Made by a program: the position numbers and the translations under genes
Notes under the pieces: generated by a model
What the model was told of the DNA's origin: nothing
Database searches by the model: none
What the model saw: the letters and a program-made list of their open reading frames with translations, nothing else
DNA from: Utricularia gibba
Lineage: Eukaryota; Plantae; Magnoliophyta
Direction of reading: 5' to 3'
NCBI GenBank assembly: GCA_002189035.1
Contig: CM007990.1
Span: 186,001-250,000 of the forward strand
Length of the DNA stretch: 64,000 nt
In this document: one piece after another, positions 56,354 through 64,000 of the stretch
Position numbering within the stretch: position 1 is the stretch's first letter
How the letters are laid out: each line of letters opens with the position of its first letter

Positions 56354-56715
56354 ATGGCTTCCAGGTCCATTCTCTTCACCACCTTGGTCTTAGCTGCTGC
56401 TCTCCTCCTTGCCTCTTCCCTTGCCGCCGCCAGGGAAGTCCCGCAGTCTCTCGACACCGCAGAGCAACGTCAGTTATCTTCTCCTTCTTCTTCTTATTGC
56501 ACGAACTAGAAAACCCTAGATATTATGTCCATGTTTGTGTGCGTTTTTCAGCAAAGCAGTTCCAGCAAGGAACGGTTAACGATGGCAAGTGGTTCTTTTT
56601 CCCATGGTGGCATCATCAATGGAATCCTTGGTCAAACGGAGGATACGGCGGTGGAGGGTATGACGGAGGGTACGGCGGCGGTGGTTACGGCGGTGGCCCC
56701 GGAGGAGGATACTGA
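56354..56715 (+). CDS. Secreted glycine-rich protein, array copy 2, 2 exons
   Basis: MASRSILFTTLVLAAALLLASSLAAAREVPQSLD / AKQFQQGTVNDGKWFFFPWWHHQWNPWSNGGYGGGGYDGGY...GGGY*. Confidence 0.88.
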
Positions 56716-58506
56716 ACCCCAAAAGCGATGCATCTACTTCTACACCTGGGAACTACTACAGTAATCCGCAATACACCTGCGGTACATAATAAATGTGTTT
56801 GCGACTGTGTAAAACTTTGTGTCCGTACCTGTCTTCTCCATGTGGCTTCTTTCATGCAATGAATGTAGTATATATTACAACATGTGTTTCACAACCCATA
56901 CCACCAAATATCGGGTCGGATCCCTAACCATTTAGATTTCAACCCGAAATTAAAACATAAAACAAGAGAATAATCTTTTTTTTTTTTTGCATATTTTATT
57001 TATCACCCTTTGAACTTCCCATCAGTGGTGTAGTGAATAATTCGATAACAAAAGTGAAGAAAACGGTATTATCTAGTTGATCATAACATATAATTATAAA
57101 ATTAACTTCCCCAATATATTTAGTATATAATACCTATATTTTTTACCATATCTCAACACACACTCACATGGTGTAGAGTGGTATCATTTGACGCTATGCA
57201 ATAAAAAAAAATCTTGTTTCATGTACTACTAAAATTTTTTATTAACGCTATAAATTTAGATTATTATTAATTTAATATCACTAAAGAAAATAAAAATATT
57301 AATACAAAATCGTCAAGGACACATCACAATCTGCCTACCAATGATTTGTTCCTCAACTTTGATGCGGTTCGGGCCTCCGGGTTGATGGGTAGCATGTATT
57401 CTTTAGTTATATAATATGTGAGCCACGGTATTTAAAAAATCATGATTAAATTATGTTGCGCTATGAACTATTAATCGTAAAGCTAGGTTAAAGTCGACAT
57501 AATCACGATTGAATTGTTTTGGAATACAAGGTCTTTGTGTATTTTTATTTTTTTAGTGATTTAAAATAATGGGTATCCATGGGTAGTCCCCGAGTACCAA
57601 GTCAAACTTACGTCCCCGGATAGACACACTCCAAACCCTAACAAAAAAAAAAAAAAAATCAAGTTGGGTAATCCCCAGGTACCAAGTCAAACTCAGCAGC
57701 TCTGTGATCTGTTTTTGTTGTGAGGTTGAGCGTTGGTTTTGTGATGGGGAGGTTCATTTATCTGCTAACTGTTGAATCATTGACACGGGAAGACCTGGAG
57801 AGGGAGGCTGGGTCAAGCCAATCGAAGCATGACAGGGACCGCCCACCATGCGATCGATCATAAAGCTTCCAGTTGGCTCAGATCGCTGTAATGCAAATCT
57901 GGTGCCACTCCCCGATTCCCATCTGATCTCCCCAGTTTTTCCAAAATGCACACACAGTATATGCTGATGATATGAGGTAGCCTCAAGGCCTCTCGAATGA
58001 GGGAATGCTCGGCATCTTGACCTCAGGGAGGAATGATCAGGAACAAGTCAAACCCTCAAAAAAAGAAATGCAACTTGAGATAAAGAGATATCAGAAGTCA
58101 AATTGACGTAGACTTGGAAGATAATGAGAACCATGTGATGGAACTTAAACAATGATCTTCTTCTAAGAGTCGTTTGCTCTGATCATGATTCAGGCGTGTA
58201 GTTTAAGAACTACTCTCCGCATCAGGACTTTGTCAATACCAGCAGTAAATATCATCCCACATCGTATTCGTAAAGATAAATAGTTGGTTCGATGAAAACT
58301 TATATGAATTCATGATGATGTATAAACAGGGTTTCCATTCCAATGTGTTAAGCAGCTATTTGACAACTTAAAAGTTTGATAATAAATGCAACAAACAACC
58401 AGTCGAGGGGCCTACGCATTAACTCTTAGCTGTGGAGGCGTGTCGAGCTCCATCTCCTTCTATAAATAGTGGCGGATTCTGCAAGTCATCCTCACACAGC
58501 AAGAAA

Positions 58507-58971
58507 ATGGGTTCCATTCCAAGGCGCTTCTTGTTCACCACCTTTGCCTTGGCCGCTTTCCTCCTCGCCCTTTCGCAAGCCACCGCCAGGGATCTTCCGC
58601 AGCAGACTCTCGACCCGGCAGTGGAATGTAAGTCACACCCTTTTTCTCTCTCTCTAACCCTATAGAGTTTGCTCATACTTGCGTGTGTCTGTTGTTCAGC
58701 TAAGCATTCTAAGGAAGGAACGGTCAGTGATGCTAAGTGGTACGGTGGCGGCGGAGGCTTCGGCGGTGGATATGGAGGAGGCTACGGCAGCGGATATGGA
58801 GGAGGCTACGGCAGCGGATATGGAGGAGGTTACGGAAGCGGAGGAGGATTCGGTGGAGGAGGGGGGTACGGTGGAGGAGGTGGCTACGGAAGCGGAGGAG
58901 GATTTGGCGGAGGAGGAGGATACGGCGGTGGGGGTGGATACGGTGGCGGATACGGCGGAGGAGGATGGTGA
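58507..58971 (+). CDS. Secreted glycine-rich protein, array copy 3 (GGGY type), 2 exons
   Basis: MGSIPRRFLFTTFALAAFLLALSQATARDLPQQTLD / AKHSKEGTVSDAKWYGGGGGFGGGYGGGYGSGY...GGGW*. Confidence 0.9.
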
Positions 58972-59369
58972 AACTAAGAGCGGCCCTCCCTCCTAACCAG
59001 AAGAGAAACCCTCGTCATGCGTGTGCTATATAATAGAATAAGGATGATTGCACCAATGTACAACTCTGCTTGCGTCCATGGAGTCACTCCTCGTTTCATG
59101 CAATGCCATCCATAATTCATTCACCTTCAACACTGAACACACTTATCAAAGCACAACCGCGAGCACAGAGGAAACCCATTTCGACTGTAAAACATGCTAA
59201 TTCACTCCACTTAGAAATCTAACACGGCATACCAACCCCATCTATCACCTCATTCGGCTTGATTCATTATCTCTAATCATCTACTCTAATCTTTTATAAT
59301 ATAATATAAGTTTATTATATATTTGCATTCTACTTATGTTCATCTGACCCACCGTACTCTTAATTTCAA

Positions 59370-59410
<41 letters not shown>

Positions 59411-59462
59411 AGCTTCAAATTCCCAAGGACAAAAGGATCATTAGGCCACGCTTTCACGGTTC
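59370..59462 (-). rRNA. Isolated ~93-bp degenerate fragment of 25S rRNA (not a functional gene)
   Basis: The reverse complement reads GAACCGTGAAAGCGTGGCCTAATGATCCTTTTGTCCTTGGGAATTTGAAGCTAGAGGTGTCAGAAAAGTTACCACAGGGATAACTGGCTTGTG, matching the recalled plant 25S sequence ...GTGTCAGAAAAGTTACCACAGGGATAACTGGCTTGTG with a few substitutions. The flanks are non-rDNA. Confidence 0.85.
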
Positions 59463-61057
59463 CTATAAGAATTTGAACCGGAAATTGATACATAGAACGT
59501 GTAAACTATATGTCTCTCCATGGAGGCGATATATATGTTATGGGAGTACCCAACTCAAAGTTATGCATTTTGTTCTAAAATAAACAAATTGTAAATCATG
59601 AGAAACAATCAAGCAATGAAAGTATCCGACCCATGAATGTGTACAAATGTTTAAACATCTAGCGATGTTTCTCTAAAAATACTTTTCGAAATATTTCTCA
59701 TAAAACATAAATTAGATCTCTATAACTTCTTAAAAATAACAAACACTTCTAAGTTTTTGTTCTTTTTTAAACCAAAAGTCACTTGATAACAAAACTAATG
59801 CATTTTTCAAAAAAACATATAAATTTCACCAATTTTAGTGATTTCCACTAAAAATAATAATAAAATTATGGAACCCGTTTTTGCAGATGAATGTATCCGA
59901 CACATGGATTAGTGTGAACGTTTGACATCTTAACCTAAACGGCAAAGATTGGAACAAGTCAAAGCTAAAAAAACGACAATAATGATGAAGATGGGGCCAA
60001 AGTATTAATTAACAAAACTGATTAATGTGATTGCCTGCACAAATCTACAACTCCATGTACAAATGTGTTTTGGAACCCATTTTTTTTTATATAGTCATGT
60101 ATTTAAACTGGGTCTGTTTTATAATTATTTTTTAAATTATTATTTAATCGAATTGAAATCATTTTTTGCATTCATCATGAATTCAAATTGAATCGGGTTT
60201 AACTTCAGGTTGAACGTCTCCATCCAACATGAAGATATACATGAACATTAGTCAACATGACGTTGACCCCATTTCCACAAAATAAAAAATGAAGAGTGGG
60301 GCAGCACCTCTACTTATCCGGTGCTAAACCAAGTCAATTACGAAGAGTTCTTCCTTGACACTATTATCCCTAACATTTAAATATAATCATTTGTCTTTAT
60401 ACAGTTGACTCATTCGGACAGGAGCTTGGGTTTAGTTCGAATAATGAATTTTGAAATTTTAGGAAATCGAATCGAATAGAATTTCGACGGGGAAATTCAT
60501 CAAAGTTTGTATACGTTAAAAGGGTGATAAGTGAACCAAATCCAATAGTGAATTTTTTTAAAATATGGTAAAATCAAAACCAAAATTTCGAAACCAAAAA
60601 ATCGATCCGATTCCGTAATCTCACCGTGTTAGGTACCAAGTCACGCTTAGCGACTAGGTCAAATTTAAAAAAACAAGGCTTCATTTTTATATGGCAAGTA
60701 TTTGGGCAAAGGAAAAAAAAAATGAATATGATGCAAAGATACGTACAATGCATCGTCCCCATGAGTGCTGTGGCGTGTTGTTTGAAAGAGATTTCTTTTT
60801 TTATATTTGTCATTAAATAAATCAATAAAAAATGTATACATAACCCTAGAAATCCGATTTTTTAATTGAAATAAGAAAGACATTTTCAACAAAGAAGGTG
60901 TCAAAGTGAGTGAGTCATCTTGGTTGTTTACGTGATTATCACTTCAGCGAGCAACTAATCCATGGGCTACTCTTAACTGACTCTGCTAATGTTTTCTATA
61001 AATACCAACGCATTTTGGAAGGAACACACACACAAAGCCATCATAGGATCAAGAACA

Positions 61058-61489
61058 ATGGGTTCCTTTCCAAGGTTGGCTCTTTTCGCCGGCTTGCTTG
61101 TGTTTGCGCTCCTCCTCGTCTCTTCCCACGCTGTGGGGAGAGATCTAGAAGAGAAACCCGACTTCGTTGGCTCAAGTAAGCTCACTTGTTCTTGTTTTTG
61201 TGTGTGTGTGTGTAGTGGACTCACAATAAAGCCCTAGCTAGAGATTTCGTTCGTGCATGAATGCATCCTTGTTGTCTGGTTTCAGCCAAGCCTACTGAAG
61301 CAGGAGGGGTCGGCGAGTCTCAATGGGTGGTTATGGCGGCTACGGTGGTTGGGGAGGACGTGGCTGGGGTGGAGGATATGGCGGTTGGGGAGGACGTGGC
61401 TGGGTGGAGGATATGGTGGCTGGGGACGCCGCTGGGGAGGTGGCGGTTATGGTGGCTGGGGACACGGCGGATGGGGTGGTTGGAATTGA
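61058..61489 (+). CDS. Secreted glycine-rich protein, array copy 4 (Trp/Gly/Arg type), 2 exons; two -1 slips in G-runs
   Basis: MGSFPRLALFAGLLVFALLLVSSHAVGRDLEEKPD / KPTEAGGVGESQW, then GGYGGWGGRGW repeats ending GGWGGWN*. Frame is restored by one G each at ~61326 and ~61403, judged against the sister repeat. Confidence 0.8.
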
Positions 61490-62640
61490 GGACACCGAGC
61501 CTGGGAACTGAAGAAACTCTGCTGAAACCGCCTCTCATCACTTAAGAATCCTAGAAAAATAAAGATGATTGGCGTAAAACTTGTCTGGTATGCCTGTCTG
61601 TGTGTGTCTATGTAATCTTTTCTAGTTCTATGTGATACTACTCTCTGTGCGTCACCAATAGACACAAAGCTCGATGCGAATCGCGATACACCTGCTGCTT
61701 ACACCGATTTACACACAAATCGTTGAAGATTACAAAAAGGGCTGATAATCCCTGCAAGTTAAGTTGACGTCGACCTTGAGAGACTTATCTGGAACATGAC
61801 TCCTCTGTGTATAGTCATGCCAAGTAGATAACTACCAGGTCCAACACTCTGTCAATTTCTGGCATCCAGGTGCTTGAGTGATCGATTACTAGAAAACAGC
61901 TTAGAGCAGAAGGCACGTATTTCCGCATATTTCACAAATTCCGATCCGATCTTAATCTGATCATCATGGTTTCTTTCAAAACCCTAAAACGAGCAAGGCT
62001 TGGTGGAGGCGCAGGAAACCCTAGTGAATGAAAGAGGTTTATTACTGGAGGGTCATTCAGTCGTTGACAGTAGACACATCGGGTAACCATGCTCTTTGGA
62101 GAAGGTGTTGGACTCTCGGTGATTAAATGGCGAAATCCTCAATGATTATTGTTGGAGAAACCTTGTGTGGTTATAAGAGAATCATGTTGAAGTTGAAAGT
62201 TATTGTAGCTCCCTAACTTGAAACTAAGATTTGAGTTTGTAGTTCCTAACTAGGAACCTAAAAGTTTGGATCTTGAGCTTGAGACACAAGAGCAGTCTTT
62301 GTATTCAAAAAAACTGCTTTACAAAGCTGTAACCACCAAGAATATATAGATAGATTTGAGTTGCAACTGTTGTAAAAGTTGATGTTGTATTATCAGATTT
62401 GCAATGGGCATCAATTAAGGTTGGGCTTGTGCTTGGGTGGGCTTTTCAACATGGTTTTATGGGAGCCTTGTGCACCTTGTAGGTCCAGTTGGGTTCTTTC
62501 CCAAGTTTCAGGGTCTTCCAAATCCACTTCAGCAAATATGCACGGTTTGGTCAAATGTTCAATGATTTTCTTATCATCTTTTAAAATAAGTATTCGATGG
62601 ATCGAGCGATCATACATGAAACTCAAATATATAATAAACA

Positions 62641-63140
62641 TGTATCATGTTAGAAAAAATTAGATTTAACCAATTAATTATAACCTACAATTTTTTATAT
62701 ATTTTACATATCACTTTCAAATCCTGATGTATTATTATTTGTTCTAATAAATACTCGCCTTCAAATCGAACTTATTTGTGATCTGGTTAAGATTTATTTT
62801 TTTGATGATTATAGATAATGTTTAGGTTATAAGTTGGATTTAATTGTTTGTCACCTAAACATAATGCATCTCTTTATTTTTTTTATTTTTAACCAAAGCT
62901 TGGACCAATACGAAACCCGTCTTGATCACCCAAGTCATGACATAAGGCAAACGTTTTGGTATCATGTTAAAATTAAGGATCTAATGGATTGTATGAGTAT
63001 ACGTGAAGTTATTGTATACGATAAAACATGAATTATATTTGAAAAAATTAGATACAACCAATTAATTATAATTCTTAATTTTTTATATAAATGATTGTGT
63101 CACTTTCAAATTAATATGTGCTATTATTTATTCTAATCAA
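62641..63140. repeat. Degenerate ~110-bp AT-rich direct repeat, ~390 bp apart
   Basis: GAAAAAATTAGAT..AACCAATTAATTATAA...TCACTTTCAAAT...TATTATTT.TTCTAAT at ~62652-62750 and ~63041-63138. Confidence 0.6.
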
Positions 63141-63393
63141 TTCAACCGTGGCATGCGGAGATGTATGAAGGAAATATAATTTTTCCGATCGATAGGAGTT
63201 ACAGAATGTGTGGATTATCTTCGTTGGGAGACAATTATCAGCTCAACTAACTCCTAATCCATGGCCCTACTCCTTAACTCCAATTATGCATGCAAACAAA
63301 TAGAGATCACTCACTCAATAGTTTTTTCCTTCTACAAATACCAAGCCTTAGTGGAGCTGCACTCCCACAAAATATTCTACAGAAGGAAGAAGA

Positions 63394-63751
63394 ATGGCTT
63401 CCTTCCCCAGGGTTGCTCTCCTCGCGCTCTTCGCCCTCCTCCTAGCCTCTTCCCTCGCTGCTGCCAGGGATCTCCCGGAGAATCCCAACGCCGTCGACGC
63501 ATGTAAGTCACCCTTCCGCTTTTATCGTGAAACTCTAAAAACTTTGCTCATGCCTCCTCCTTGTCTGCATGCTTTCAGCCAAACCCAGTGAAGCAGGAAA
63601 GGTTGATGACGCCAAGTGGTACGGCTACCATTGGGATATCCTCGTTACGGGTACGGCTACCATTGGATATCCCCATTACGGGTACGGCTACTATTCGGGA
63701 TATCCCCATTACGGGGGCGGCTGGTACGGCGGACACCCTGGCTGGCATTGA
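63394..63751 (+). CDS. Secreted glycine-rich protein, array copy 5 (Tyr/His/Pro type), 2 exons
   Basis: MASFPRVALLALFALLLASSLAAARDLPENPNAVD / KPSEAGKVDDAKWYGYHW...GYPHYGYGYYSGYPHYGGGWYGGHPGWH*. Confidence 0.85.
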
Positions 63752-64000
63752 GGACCCCCCGGACTCCGACTCCCCCGACGGAAGGATATCTCCTGTCACC
63801 GCGCATCATCCCCATGTATCCGGAGTGCAATAAAGATGCTTGCGTCAATCTGGTGTTGTGTGTGTCCCTGTGTAATCTCCCTGGTCTGCTTTCATATGAA
63901 AAAAATGGTTTGTGTCGTGTTTCAATGCTTCCTCAACCAAACACGGCATGCATAGGATTGCAACTTAGGCCCCAATAATGCAGAATCTTGACACACACGT

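Noticed and set aside
57750-58250. Possible TE coding remnants between GRP copies (also 61700-62640)
   Set aside because: No transposase, RT, integrase or gag motif could be identified by eye.
58679-59033. Alternative-frame ORFs (EEAT repeats; RRRIW repeats) over GRP copy 3
   Set aside because: The same frame-shift artefact of Gly/Tyr repeats.

Overview
Eukaryotic plant nuclear DNA (eudicot) with spliceosomal introns. It is very gene-dense: about 24 protein-coding genes in 64 kb with many 70-110 nt introns. This suggests a miniature genome such as a Lentibulariaceae (Utricularia/Genlisea-type) species, but that is inference only. Gene order: two convergent NDR1/HIN1-like genes, SMXL3-like, Expp1-like, WVD2-like (TPX2), USP, a ~4 kb gene-poor TE-like island, an orphan ORF, RRP6L2, CIA2/CIL, bHLH35-like, RPL7, TBC Rab-GAP, XTH, ASR, a damaged BUPS-like CrRLK1L kinase, RPT4, RER1, RADIALIS-like, NDUFS8, CAP1, and a tandem array of five secreted glycine-rich prepropeptide genes. 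The most notable observations are: (1) the five-gene array has a conserved signal/pro region, intron, putative processing motif, promoter element and 3'UTR motifs, but radically different aromatic-rich mature domains; (2) the SMXL3-like gene lacks most of the M domain and the whole D2 ATPase domain but keeps an LDLN EAR-like motif and its C-terminus; (3) a 208-bp intron-plus-exon tandem duplication in the CrRLK1L gene creates an in-frame 46-codon cassette exon between two identical introns; (4) a 93-bp 25S rRNA fragment sits inside the GRP array. Several single-base frameshifts fall in homopolymers and are probably consensus errors. Family assignments and Arabidopsis comparisons are from recalled sequence knowledge, not database searches. 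No CRISPR arrays or tRNAs were seen.
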